Source: Verrucomicrobiaceae bacterium
GTDB taxonomy: Bacteria > Verrucomicrobiota > Verrucomicrobiia > Verrucomicrobiales > Akkermansiaceae
Length of the DNA stretch: 64,000 bases
NCBI GenBank assembly: GCA_051252135.1
Contig: JBPOGH010000015.1
Coordinates: 1 to 64,000, forward strand
Reading direction: 5' to 3'
The position numbers were made by a program, and so were the translations under genes. The notes under the pieces were generated by a model. The model did not search any database. It was not told the origin of the DNA and worked only from the letters and a program-made list of their open reading frames with translations. This document shows, piece after piece, positions 1-9,753 of the stretch (its first letter is position 1; each line of letters opens with the position of its first letter).

Positions 1-143
1 CAACCATCCAACCATCCAACCATCCAACCATCCAACCATCCAACCATCCAACCATCCAACCATCCAACCATCCAACCATCCAACCTCCAACCTCCAACCT
101 CCAACCTCCAACCTCCTGCCTCCTGCCTCCTGCCTCCTGCCTC
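1..143 (+). repeat. Compound short tandem repeat (CAACCATC)x10-(CAACCTC)x5-(CTGCCTC)x4
   Basis: Read directly: 8-mers at 1-80, 7-mers at 81-115 and 116-143; may extend left of the window. Confidence 0.95.
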
Positions 144-346
144 TACATCCATTCCCTACCAGTCGGAATCTTACTCGATAAAACACCGCCCTTCATTGCT
201 TGATCAATACCACTTCACATCACTTTCCCACATTGATCACCCATTCGTCCTATAGGCTCCCAGCCCTCGCAGTCCCCGCATCGCTTCGCAATCAATTTCC
301 AGTCATTGCAAAATGAGCCCATCGAATGCATAGTCCCGCTAGAGAA

Positions 347-574
347 ATGGAAATTCCCACCAAAGACCGTTCGCATTGGATCGTAAAGAAATTCACGAGT
401 CACGAAGACTTGCGGACATTTGGGATTAAGGAATGGCAGAAACTCAGCGGAGCAGCACGACGAAAGGCCGCTTGGGAACTCGTAGAGGATTACTGGATCA
501 AGAAGAAAGGCAAACACCCCGATGAACTCCGACTTCAAAGAGTTGTTACAAGTTTTCAACGCCCACGAGGTTAA
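347..574 (+). CDS. Small basic hypothetical protein, partner of the downstream nucleotidyltransferase
   Basis: ORF MEIPTKDRSHW...ELRLQRVVTSF overlapping the next gene by 53 nt; start could be 326. Confidence 0.6.
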   Translation: MEIPTKDRSHWIVKKFTSHEDLRTFGIKEWQKLSGAARRKAAWELVEDYWIKKKGKHPDELRLQRVVTSFQRPRG

Positions 575-971
575 ATACCTCATCGTTGGAGGATACGCAG
601 CCATCCATTACTCCCAGCCTCGATACACCAAAGACCTCGATCTTTGGATTGAGCCATCGCTGGAGAACGCCCGGAAAATCGCGAAAGCATTTCACGTGTT
701 CGGGCTTCCAATCGAAGGATTCAAAATCGAAGATATGGCTGACACCGGTTTCCAATTCTTTGTCGGCTGCCCCCCTTGTGCCTTTGATTTTTTGACGTCT
801 ATTCTGGGGCTTGAATTTTCCTCGGCATGGGAAAAGCGAGTCGCTTCAACGGAAGATGATATTCCTGTCTGGTACGTTTCCAAAGAAGATCTCGTCATCG
901 CAAAAAAGGCTGTCTCGCGAGATCAAGACCTTAAAGACATCGAAGAGATTGAACGGGCTGATTCTGAGTAG
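522..971 (+). CDS. Nucleotidyltransferase-fold protein (DUF6036-like)
   Basis: YLIVGGYA...PRYTKDLDLW pol-beta NTase motif; C-terminal K..R.QD..DI. Confidence 0.75.
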   Translation: MNSDFKELLQVFNAHEVKYLIVGGYAAIHYSQPRYTKDLDLWIEPSLENARKIAKAFHVFGLPIEGFKIEDMADTGFQFFVGCPPCAFDFLTSILGLEFSSAWEKRVASTEDDIPVWYVSKEDLVIAKKAVSRDQDLKDIEEIERADSE

Positions 972-996
972 CTTCGAATCTTTTTGATCCTACAAA

Positions 997-1602
997 ATGG
1001 ACCTCTTCCCCACCGACCCCACCACCAATCTCCTCCCGCACGACGGCATCGTCCACTACCACCCCGCCTTCTTTCCCGCTTCCAAAACATCCCGCTTCCT
1101 CTCGTCCCTCACCACCAAAATCCCCTGGCAGCACGACGAGGTCACCATGTTCGGCAAAACCATCGTCACCGCCCGCGAGGTCGCCTGGTTCGGCGACCCC
1201 GGCCTCGACTACACCTACTCCGGGAAAACCAAATCCCCCCTCCCCTGGAACCCCCTTCTCCTTGAGCTCAAACAACTCACCGAAGAGAAGTCCGGACACC
1301 AATTCAACTCCTGCCTCCTCAACCTCTACCACAATGGCTCCGAGGGCATGTCCTGGCACCGCGATAACGAATCCTCCATCGTTCCCCACTCTCCCATCGC
1401 CTGCCTCAGCTTCGGCGCCCAACGCCGCTTCCACTTCAAGCACGCCACCACCAAAGAGCGCATCACCCTCGAGCTCGCCCCCGGAAGCCTCCTCCTCATG
1501 GCCGGACAAACCCAAACCCACTGGCTCCACGCCCTCCCCAAAACCACCCGGGTCAACACCCCCAGAATCAGCCTCACCTTCCGCCAAATGAAGGACCACT
1601 GA
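997..1602 (+). CDS. AlkB-family 2OG-Fe(II) dioxygenase (ALKBH2/3-like)
   Basis: FNSCLLNLY, WHRD (HxD), WLHALPK, RISLTFR. Confidence 0.9.
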   Translation: MDLFPTDPTTNLLPHDGIVHYHPAFFPASKTSRFLSSLTTKIPWQHDEVTMFGKTIVTAREVAWFGDPGLDYTYSGKTKSPLPWNPLLLELKQLTEEKSGHQFNSCLLNLYHNGSEGMSWHRDNESSIVPHSPIACLSFGAQRRFHFKHATTKERITLELAPGSLLLMAGQTQTHWLHALPKTTRVNTPRISLTFRQMKDH

Positions 1603-1739
1603 AATCTCCCTAATCCCTAATTTCAAACTCCCACATCATCCGACAACCTCGAATCAACAACACCTCAAACCAAAACCCTTTATACAAATCTGCGCAAATC
1701 CTCTCAATCTGCGGATAAAACTCCTCCAAAATTCCCAAC

Positions 1740-2558
1740 TCAAATCAAACTCCCGCCCGCATCGCGAAACACCACTTTATCCAGATCCGGGTTCCCCTCC
1801 CGAAACACCTCCAGCACATCCTTTTCATACCGCTGACAAAGCGGATGCTCCCCCGCAAGAAAACGATGCCATCCCGCAACTCCGCCACATCCCTCCGGCG
1901 GACCATGTCCCGCACCGTCGTGAAGTTTCGGCTTCACCTCCCCACTCGTCCCCTTCTCACCCGCCGGCACCAGCGCTTCAATCACCACCCCGTGCTTCCA
2001 CCCCTCCTCCAAATCATAAAGGTAAAGAAAGTCCGTCACCCCCTCCTGAAAAAGCTCCCCCATCCCGTTCTGCACCTCGCAATAATCATCCGCTCCCTCA
2101 CCGCTCCCCTCCGGTCCAAAACAGAGCTCCCGCCGCCCATCCTCCCACACTTCAAACCGATGCGGCTGCCGCCCCTCCCAACCAAAGGCATCCTGAATCG
2201 CAATGTGCAGATCAAAAAATGACGCATCCGCCGGCAGACTCAACCGACGCCAAACCAACGGCTTTGTCCCGCTCAACTCCACCCGAAAAATCATCCGCGC
2301 CGGACTCACCATCGGCGTGTAAAGCGTCTCCGCCTCCTCCTTCAACATCCGGTCCAATCCACCCCCCTCGGTCAGCTGCTCCGCCATCCCCTTAATCATC
2401 GCCATCCCCCCTTCGGTCGCCATCACCCGCTCCATAAAGGCCGCCACTTCCTCCTCACTCGCCCCTTCCCCTGGTCCCGAATCCAAAAGCGCATTCAGTT
2501 TCTCCAGCGCCTCCGGCGAAATCTCTCCCCCGGCAAAATCTATCGGATCGTTCACCAC
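1740..2558 (-). CDS. Plasmid pRiA4b ORF-3 family protein
   Basis: VWRRLSLP...LHIAIQDAFGW...YLYDL...WKH...GPPEGCGGV. Confidence 0.8.
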   Translation of the reverse strand: MVNDPIDFAGGEISPEALEKLNALLDSGPGEGASEEEVAAFMERVMATEGGMAMIKGMAEQLTEGGGLDRMLKEEAETLYTPMVSPARMIFRVELSGTKPLVWRRLSLPADASFFDLHIAIQDAFGWEGRQPHRFEVWEDGRRELCFGPEGSGEGADDYCEVQNGMGELFQEGVTDFLYLYDLEEGWKHGVVIEALVPAGEKGTSGEVKPKLHDGAGHGPPEGCGGVAGWHRFLAGEHPLCQRYEKDVLEVFREGNPDLDKVVFRDAGGSLI

Positions 2559-2677
2559 GCCCCTTCTCTATCAAATCCCCGCCCGGGCGCGACCCTGATT
2601 TGCTCCTCTGGAAGACTCCTGCACAATGAGACGTATATCTCCTTGCCCGCCCCTCTTCTAATTGCAATGAATTGCAC

Positions 2678-3688
2678 ATGAAAATCTTCCTCGCACTCCT
2701 TCCCCTCCCTCTCGCCGCCCAGATTGAGCTCGATCCCGATCCCGCCGCCATCGTCCGCTTCCCTTCCAAAGAAGGCGCCTTCTACGTCGTCGAAGCACTC
2801 GAGGGCGAGAAATGGCAGCAAGTCGATCAGCCCGTCAAAGGCACCGGAAAGACCATCACCCGCACCATCCCCCTTTCTCCCCAGAGTAAACTCCGCGCCA
2901 CCCAACTCCACAACCAGTGGGTTCCCGTTTGGGCGGACGAGTTCGATGGCGACACGATCGACCCCGCCAAGTGGTCCCACGAGGAAAACGGCTACGGCGG
3001 CGGCAACAACGAACGCCAATACTACTCCACCGACCCCAAGTATTCCTTCGTCAAAGACGGCATGCTCAACCTCAAAGCCTACAAGGACCCCTTCACCACC
3101 GTCGATGGCAAGGTCAGCCCATACACCTCCGCCCGCCTCCGCACTCTCTACCGCGGCGATTGGAAATACGGAAAATTCGAAGTCCGCGCCAAACTCCCCT
3201 CCGGCGAAGCCATCTGGCCCGCCATCTGGATGCTCCCCACCAACTCACCCTACGGCGGCTGGGCCTCCGGCGGTGAAATCGACATCATGGAATCCCGCGG
3301 CAAGGACGTCCACATGACCTTCGGCACCCTCCACTTCGGCGCCCCGTGGCCAGACAACGTCCACAAGGGACAAACCTTCGACTTCCCCGAAAAAAACGCC
3401 GCCGAAGACTTCCACACCTACACCGTGGAATGGAAAAAAGACGACATCTCCTGGTTCCTCGACGGCAAGAAATGGCAGACCATCAATAAGGAGGACTGGT
3501 GGAGCAGCGCCGACCGCGAAAGCCTCACCGCTCCCTTCGATCAACCCTTCCACCTGATCATAAATCTCGCCGTCGGCGGTGACAACTTCTTCGAAGGAAC
3601 CGGACAACTCCCCATCAACATGAAGGACTCCGAGTTCCCCCAGACCATGCTCATCGACTACGTCCGCGTCTCCCAATGGGCGGAGTAA
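2678..3688 (+). CDS. Secreted GH16 glycoside hydrolase (beta-1,3-glucanase-like)
   Basis: Signal peptide; VWADEFDG, WPAIWML, catalytic GEIDIME, IDYVRV. Confidence 0.92.
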   Translation: MKIFLALLPLPLAAQIELDPDPAAIVRFPSKEGAFYVVEALEGEKWQQVDQPVKGTGKTITRTIPLSPQSKLRATQLHNQWVPVWADEFDGDTIDPAKWSHEENGYGGGNNERQYYSTDPKYSFVKDGMLNLKAYKDPFTTVDGKVSPYTSARLRTLYRGDWKYGKFEVRAKLPSGEAIWPAIWMLPTNSPYGGWASGGEIDIMESRGKDVHMTFGTLHFGAPWPDNVHKGQTFDFPEKNAAEDFHTYTVEWKKDDISWFLDGKKWQTINKEDWWSSADRESLTAPFDQPFHLIINLAVGGDNFFEGTGQLPINMKDSEFPQTMLIDYVRVSQWAE

Positions 3689-3698
3689 AGGTAAGCCT

Positions 3699-4238
3699 CT
3701 ACCGCGGCCACGCCGCATGAATGTGACTCGAGTGGCCCCGGTCTCCCGGTCCCAGCGTCTCCGTCGCACCCAGCTTGCGGCAGCGACGCAGAAATGATCT
3801 CCAGTACGGCGAGTTGTAGCTCACCCGCACTCCGTTGATCTCATCCACATCAAACGCCACCCCCGCATAATGCCGCGAAGACCGGCTGTGGGATCCACCC
3901 GCGATCGATGTCACCCGGAAACGATACCCTTCTCTCGCCAGGGTTTTCATCGCCTTCACCATCCGCGGATTAAGCTTCACATACCCGCCCGGAGCCGTGC
4001 CATACCAGCTCCGCTTGACCGCCTTCCCCTCCGAGGCCCGCACAATGTTGTCCCAGGCCGAAGCACCATCATAACGCCCGCTCACCTGCCGCTTCAACAG
4101 CGTGATCTTCGAGGAGGTCCTGATCCACTTTGCATCAGCGGTGCAGGAACCAAATCCCGGTATCCCGCCGCATCCCGTCAACCCAACCCCGACCAAAACC
4201 AACAAAAGGGGCAAAAATAAAATCATCCGGCGGTTCAT
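3699..4238 (-). CDS. Lipoprotein with M15/Hedgehog-DD-peptidase-like Zn site
   Basis: Lipobox LTGC; SRHYAGVAFD (H-x6-D) and HSSHIH (HxH). Confidence 0.6.
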   Translation of the reverse strand: MNRRMILFLPLLLVLVGVGLTGCGGIPGFGSCTADAKWIRTSSKITLLKRQVSGRYDGASAWDNIVRASEGKAVKRSWYGTAPGGYVKLNPRMVKAMKTLAREGYRFRVTSIAGGSHSRSSRHYAGVAFDVDEINGVRVSYNSPYWRSFLRRCRKLGATETLGPGDRGHSSHIHAAWPR

Positions 4239-4303
4239 CGCGCAAAATACTGGCGAATTCATCGACATTGGCAAGGACGCGATCTCCAAGCTAGTCTGCA
4301 CCC

Positions 4304-6259
4304 ATGCCTGAGATCACCACCCTCCTCGAAAAGACATTCGGCCACTCCGGCTTTCGCGGCGGCCAGGAGGAGGTCGTCAATTCCCTCATCGAAGGCCGCT
4401 CCGCTCTCGCCATCTTCCCCACCGGCGGCGGAAAATCCCTCTGCTACCAACTCCCCGCCCTCCTCTTCAACGGCCTCACTCTCGTCGTTTCCCCCCTCAT
4501 CGCCCTCATGAAGGATCAGGTCGATGCCCTCCTCCAAAAAGGTGTCGCCGCCGCCCGCCTCGATTCCACCCTCACCGCAGACGAGGCCCTGCAGGTCTAC
4601 CGCGATCTCGAAGCCGGCCGCCTCAAACTCCTCTACGTCGCCCCCGAACGACTCGCCAACGAGAAGTTCCGCGCCCGCCTTGAAAATCTCAATATCTCCC
4701 TCCTCGCCATCGATGAAGCCCACTGCATCTCCGAGTGGGGGCACAACTTCCGCCCCGACTACCTCAAGCTCACCCGCTTCGCCAAAGAGCTCGGCATCAC
4801 CCGCGTCCTCGCCCTCACCGCCACCGCCACCCCTGCAGTCGCCAAGGACATCTGCAAGCACTTCAAAATCGCCAAAAACGACCACCACCAACTCACTTTC
4901 TACCGGCCCAATCTAAACCTCGCCGTCACCCCCCTCGCCGGAAACGACCGCCGCGAGCACCTCCTTAAAAAACTCACCGCCGGCGAAGTCCAACCCACCA
5001 TCATCTACACCACCCTCCAGTTCACCACCGAATCACTCGCCTCTTTCCTCCAAAAAAACGGCCTCCCCGCCCGCCCCTACCACGCCGGACTCCGCCCCGA
5101 GGTCCGCGCCGAAATCCAGGACCAATTCATGTCCGGCGAAACCCCCGTCATCTGCGCCACCATCGCTTTCGGCATGGGCATCGATAAGGCCGACATCCGC
5201 GCCATCTACCACTACAACATCCCCAAATCTCTCGAAAACTACACCCAGGAGATCGGCCGCGCCGGACGCGATGGCCAACCCGCACACTGCGAACTCCTCG
5301 CCTGCCGCGATGACCTTCGCACCCTCGCCAACTTCACCTACGGCGACACCCCCCAACCCGATTCCGTCCGCGCCATTCTCCGCATCCTCCTCGACCAACC
5401 GGGCGAGTTCGACATCTCCACCTACGAGCTCTCCCGCTCTCACGACATCCGCCCCCTCGTCATCAACACCCTCCTCACTTACCTCGAGCTCGAAGGCTTC
5501 CTCAAAGCCACCTCCCCCTTCTACTCCACCTACAAGGTGAAGTTCGCCCGCTCCCTCGAGCACCTCCTCAATGGCTTCGATGACAACCGAAAGGAATTCC
5601 TCACCAAGCTCTTCGACACCGGAAAGGCCGGCTACCAATGGCACGAAATCAACCCCGTCGAATCTTCCGAAAAAATCGGCGAACCCGTCGATAAGATCCG
5701 CAAGGCCATCGGCTACCTCGAAGACCTTGGCGACCTCATCGTCAAACCCTCCGGCCTCCGCCAAGGCTACCGTCTTCTGAAAAAACCCGGGGACATGGCC
5801 GCCCTCACCCAACGCCTGATCGATCTCTTCATCCGCCGCGAACAGTCGGACCTCGACCGCCTTCAGCAAGTCGTCGACCACGCCCTCGCCCCCTCCTGCC
5901 TCTACCAATCCCTCCTCTCCCACTTTGGTGAAAAGATGGAACCCTGTGGTCACTGCTCCCGCTGCCTCGGCGATGTCCCGCCCTCCGAACTCCCCTCAAG
6001 CCCCGTGCCTCCCATTGGAAATGAGGAAATGGAAATCATCCGCCAACTCATCAACCAAAAGCACTCCGGCCTCCGCACCCCGCGTCAACTCGCACGCTTC
6101 CTCTGCGGCATGACCTCCCCTGCCACCTCCTACTCCTGGTATCTCCCCGAGGGCGCACGCCGCAAAGTCCGGCTCACCTCACACGACGCCTACTCCATGC
6201 TGGAAAACCAGGAATTCAAGGAAGTCCTCGGCATCTGCGAACAACAGATCATCCACTAA
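4304..6259 (+). CDS. recQ: RecQ-family ATP-dependent DNA helicase
   Basis: PTGGGKSLCYQLP, DEAHCISEWGHNFRP, ATIAFGMGID, QEIGRAGRDG, Zn-binding CGHCSRC. Confidence 0.92.
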   Translation: MPEITTLLEKTFGHSGFRGGQEEVVNSLIEGRSALAIFPTGGGKSLCYQLPALLFNGLTLVVSPLIALMKDQVDALLQKGVAAARLDSTLTADEALQVYRDLEAGRLKLLYVAPERLANEKFRARLENLNISLLAIDEAHCISEWGHNFRPDYLKLTRFAKELGITRVLALTATATPAVAKDICKHFKIAKNDHHQLTFYRPNLNLAVTPLAGNDRREHLLKKLTAGEVQPTIIYTTLQFTTESLASFLQKNGLPARPYHAGLRPEVRAEIQDQFMSGETPVICATIAFGMGIDKADIRAIYHYNIPKSLENYTQEIGRAGRDGQPAHCELLACRDDLRTLANFTYGDTPQPDSVRAILRILLDQPGEFDISTYELSRSHDIRPLVINTLLTYLELEGFLKATSPFYSTYKVKFARSLEHLLNGFDDNRKEFLTKLFDTGKAGYQWHEINPVESSEKIGEPVDKIRKAIGYLEDLGDLIVKPSGLRQGYRLLKKPGDMAALTQRLIDLFIRREQSDLDRLQQVVDHALAPSCLYQSLLSHFGEKMEPCGHCSRCLGDVPPSELPSSPVPPIGNEEMEIIRQLINQKHSGLRTPRQLARFLCGMTSPATSYSWYLPEGARRKVRLTSHDAYSMLENQEFKEVLGICEQQIIH

Positions 6260-6924
6260 CGCTTCCTTGCAAAACAGATCAGCACCGATACCAAGCCAAG
6301 AAGACCGGCACTCGAGGGCTCAGGAACCACGGACAATCCCGTGATCACAATCAGATCATCCCGCTCCACCGTAGTCCCGGGATCATATTCCTTCAGCGGA
6401 ATGTCATCAAAAGGACTCGTGAAATGCGCAACCGGTCGCGCTGCAATTTCATCAACCACCGTCATATCGGTCACCTCACCAAACACCGTGAAACCCCCGT
6501 TCTGACTGTTGAGACTTCCCGAATTGTCTTCGAGATTGATAAACCACTGGTTCGTCGCCGAGTCCGGATCTCCACCCAACTTCGCCATCGCCAGCGTCCC
6601 CTTCACATTCGAAATCCCCGGCTCATTCACCACCGGCGCCTGCGCCGTGATCGCCTCCACCAAGTTCGGTTGGCTCGCATCCGTCACCCGAAATCCCCCC
6701 GCTTGCAGCACAAAATCCTCCACGTGCCGGTGAAAAATCACATCCTCGTAATCCCCCCGCTCCACGTATCCCAAAAAATTCGCCACCGTCAACGGAGCGC
6801 GATCATCATACAAGGTGATCGGAATCGCACCATAGCTCGTCTCAATCACCACCTGCGTTTGCGCGCACAACACACCCGACGGCACGACCGCAAACAAGGA
6901 GACAACAATGACCTTCACCCGCAA
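6256..6924 (-). CDS. Cyclophilin-type peptidyl-prolyl isomerase with PEP-CTERM tail
   Basis: APLTVANFLGYV, IFHR, GTLAMAK, SATNQWFIN, FTVFG; ends VPEPSSAGLLGLVSVLICFARKR. Confidence 0.9.
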   Translation of the reverse strand: MRVKVIVVSLFAVVPSGVLCAQTQVVIETSYGAIPITLYDDRAPLTVANFLGYVERGDYEDVIFHRHVEDFVLQAGGFRVTDASQPNLVEAITAQAPVVNEPGISNVKGTLAMAKLGGDPDSATNQWFINLEDNSGSLNSQNGGFTVFGEVTDMTVVDEIAARPVAHFTSPFDDIPLKEYDPGTTVERDDLIVITGLSVVPEPSSAGLLGLVSVLICFARKR

Positions 6925-6942
6925 ATAGTAAGGAAATCCAAA

Positions 6943-7689
6943 CTATTTGTCCAGCCCGCTCTCGGCAGCTCTTCTCATCCCAACCAATTCCATCACCTCC
7001 CGCTTCACCACGTCCTCTTCCCCGTAAAAATACTTCTCCCGCTTCAAAAAACCATATCGCTGCGAAAACCAATAAACCTCCTTCACCTCAAGCCCCCCGC
7101 TTCGCCCCTCCAAAATCACCTTCTCCGCCACCACCGTCCCCATCGGCACCGTCACCTCGTCCCATCCCGCTACCCGAAACCCACGCCGCGTCCCCTCTTC
7201 ACCCCCACCCAATTCATACTCCCACCGGTCCCCGCCTTCCATCCCCCGCCGAATCAAATCCACCGGCACCTGCAAACTTTTCACCCGCCCCGGCTCCGCC
7301 CCCACCACCTGACTCCCCCAATAAACAATCCTCTCCCCCCTCACCTGAAGAAACTCCCTCTCTTCCACCAAATTTCCTCTCCGCGCCTCAAAAATACCCC
7401 AATATCCCTTCCCCTCGTTCACCTCCCGATCCTCCACGTAAGTCACCTGCCGTTGAAACTCCAGCACCGTCCGCCCCCCTTCATGACGCAGCCTTTCCTC
7501 AGGTGTCCAAAGCCGCGGCTGAACAATCCCCGCATAGGTCGCCGTCACCCGATACTCCCACACATCCCCCGGCCGGGCATCCCACAACACAAGGATCGCA
7601 GGAGCCTCCTTGTCCAACTCCGCAACCCGCTTGCACGAAGCCGCCGCCAGCAACACTCCCACCAGGAAGAGAAACTGCGGCACCTTCAT
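6943..7689 (-). CDS. Hypothetical lipoprotein
   Basis: Lipobox-like LAAASC; VTVPMGT motif; codon pattern matches neighbours. Confidence 0.65.
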   Translation of the reverse strand: MKVPQFLFLVGVLLAAASCKRVAELDKEAPAILVLWDARPGDVWEYRVTATYAGIVQPRLWTPEERLRHEGGRTVLEFQRQVTYVEDREVNEGKGYWGIFEARRGNLVEEREFLQVRGERIVYWGSQVVGAEPGRVKSLQVPVDLIRRGMEGGDRWEYELGGGEEGTRRGFRVAGWDEVTVPMGTVVAEKVILEGRSGGLEVKEVYWFSQRYGFLKREKYFYGEEDVVKREVMELVGMRRAAESGLDK

Positions 7690-7702
7690 CACCCGCACCA
7701 AA

Positions 7703-8803
7703 CTAGCCGTTCAGTTTCGCCAGGTTCTTCGCAAGGAATTTCCCGTTCTTCCGGATGAGCTTTCCATCGAAGTAAATCTCTCCACCACCGTAGTCCGGGC
7801 GCTGAATCGTCACCATGTCCCAGTGCACCGCCGAGCGGTTCCCGTTATCAGCCTCTTCATACGCCTGTCCCGGCGTAAAATGGAAACTCCCCGCAATCTT
7901 CTCATCAAAAAGAATATCACGCATCGGCTCACGAATCACCGGATGGAATCCCAACGCAAACTCGCCCACGTAGCGTGCTCCCGCATCGGTATCCAAAATC
8001 TTGTTCAACTCCCGCGTCTTCCCTCCCGATGCCGTCGCCTTCACGATCTTGCCCTTCTTGAAAGTCAGCTTGATCCCGTCAAAGGCAATCCCCCGGTAAA
8101 TCGTCGGCGCATTGTGCGTGATCACCCCCTCCACCGAATCCTTCACCGGTGCACTGAAAACTTCCCCGTCGGGAATATTGTAATTCCCCCCGCACACTAT
8201 CGCCGGGATGTCTTTGATCGAAAACTTCAAGTCCGTCCCCTGGTTCACAATGTGAACCTTGTCCGTCTTCTCCATCAGCTTTTTCAAGTTGTTCATCGCC
8301 GGCAGATAGCTCTTGTAGTCCAGCAAACAGACATCGAAGTAAAAATCCTCAAAGGCCTCCGTGCTCATCCCCGCCTGCTGCGCCATCGCCGCATGCGGCC
8401 AACGCAACACACACCACTTCGTCTTCTTCACCCGGTGATCCAGCACCTTCCGGATGTGCTTCATCGCCAACTCCATCTTCTTCGCCGGCACATCACTCGT
8501 CTCGGTAATGTTGTGGGATCCGCGGATCGCAATGTAGGCATCCATATCCTTCATCTCGGCCAGCAGATGCTTCGCCGTCGTCTTATACTGGTCCTCGGTC
8601 GCCCCCATCAACAACTCACGACCCAGACGATTCGAACCCAAACGCAAAAAAGGCTCGGCCTTCCGCGCTCGCACCTCGCGAATCAACGCAATCGCCATCG
8701 CCTCCGGCGTATCAACCAAATCGAGAAGAATCTTCTCCCCTTTCTTGAGGGATGTCGAATAACGAACAAGCTGCTGTGCGAGCTGGGTATACCTTGGATC
8801 CAT
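7703..8803 (-). CDS. Aminopeptidase, peptidase family M29
   Basis: [40 protein letters not shown]. Confidence 0.92.
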   Translation of the reverse strand: MDPRYTQLAQQLVRYSTSLKKGEKILLDLVDTPEAMAIALIREVRARKAEPFLRLGSNRLGRELLMGATEDQYKTTAKHLLAEMKDMDAYIAIRGSHNITETSDVPAKKMELAMKHIRKVLDHRVKKTKWCVLRWPHAAMAQQAGMSTEAFEDFYFDVCLLDYKSYLPAMNNLKKLMEKTDKVHIVNQGTDLKFSIKDIPAIVCGGNYNIPDGEVFSAPVKDSVEGVITHNAPTIYRGIAFDGIKLTFKKGKIVKATASGGKTRELNKILDTDAGARYVGEFALGFHPVIREPMRDILFDEKIAGSFHFTPGQAYEEADNGNRSAVHWDMVTIQRPDYGGGEIYFDGKLIRKNGKFLAKNLAKLNG

Positions 8804-8869
8804 GGACGACAGCTTGCAGCTGAAATCCTCGAAGCGAAACCCTAAATTAACGGGATCCCCTCCCTCACC

Positions 8870-9070
8870 TTAATCCTTGTCACGCCACTCCTCGAAGGAG
8901 TTCGATCCCGGCGTCGCCGGATCATCAAGATGCGCATTGGCATCAAGCTTGGGTCCCAAATGAGAGTCATCAAACGATCCGCCTCCGGATTTATGACTGT
9001 TCGTGGACTCACAAGAGACCAGAGAGCCCAATAGAAATGCGGCGAAGGCAAACAGGGAGATGCTTTTCAT
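8870..9070 (-). CDS. Small hypothetical lipoprotein
   Basis: MKSISLFAFAAFLLGSLVSC signal peptide and lipobox. Confidence 0.6.
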   Translation of the reverse strand: MKSISLFAFAAFLLGSLVSCESTNSHKSGGGSFDDSHLGPKLDANAHLDDPATPGSNSFEEWRDKD

Positions 9071-9114
9071 TGAAGGGACTATGAAGAGCACAGTCCCGCC
9101 CCGCAAGCATGGAC

Positions 9115-9753
9115 TTAGGCTTCCCAGTCAATTTGCTCCCCATCGGTCATCACCTCTCCAAGCACCGGAACCGGAGATAGCTCCTCCAATATCGCGCGAT
9201 TGGTCACCGCCGCCACATCACGCTCCGCCACCGGATGATTCAAAATGATCCCCTGGCACTCCAACCCTTCCGCCAGAATCGCCTTCACCGTCAGCAAGGT
9301 GTGATTGATCGCACCCAACCAATTGCCCGCCACCACCACCACCGGAAATCCAATTTCCTTCGCCAACTCCGGAATGCCAAACCCCGTTCCCAAAGGCACC
9401 TCCCAGCCCCCCGCTCCCTCCACCAGAGTGAACTCAAAGCCCTGCCGCGTCTCCGCGATCCGCTCCTTCATCTTGTCCAGCTCCAGAGGACTCCCCTCAA
9501 TCTGCCCCGCCGTGTAAGGCGCAACCGGTGTCTGAAAATAATAGGGATTGATCTCATCCAGCTCCAACACCCCTCCCGATGCCTCCCAAAGTTGCTCCGC
9601 GTCATCCCTCCCGCCACTGCAGACCGGCTTCAGGCCCACCGCATTCACCCCCAGCTTGCGCATCTCCCTGATCAGAAGTGCCGACACGTAGGTCTTCCCG
9701 ACATGAGTGTCGGTGCCCGTAATGAAGACTCCATCCTTCCAATCCGGCCTCAC
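9115..9753 (-). CDS. bioD: Dethiobiotin synthase
   Basis: FITGTDTHVGKT, LKPVCSG, VEGAGG, GAINHTLLT. Confidence 0.93.
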   Translation of the reverse strand: MRPDWKDGVFITGTDTHVGKTYVSALLIREMRKLGVNAVGLKPVCSGGRDDAEQLWEASGGVLELDEINPYYFQTPVAPYTAGQIEGSPLELDKMKERIAETRQGFEFTLVEGAGGWEVPLGTGFGIPELAKEIGFPVVVVAGNWLGAINHTLLTVKAILAEGLECQGIILNHPVAERDVAAVTNRAILEELSPVPVLGEVMTDGEQIDWEA

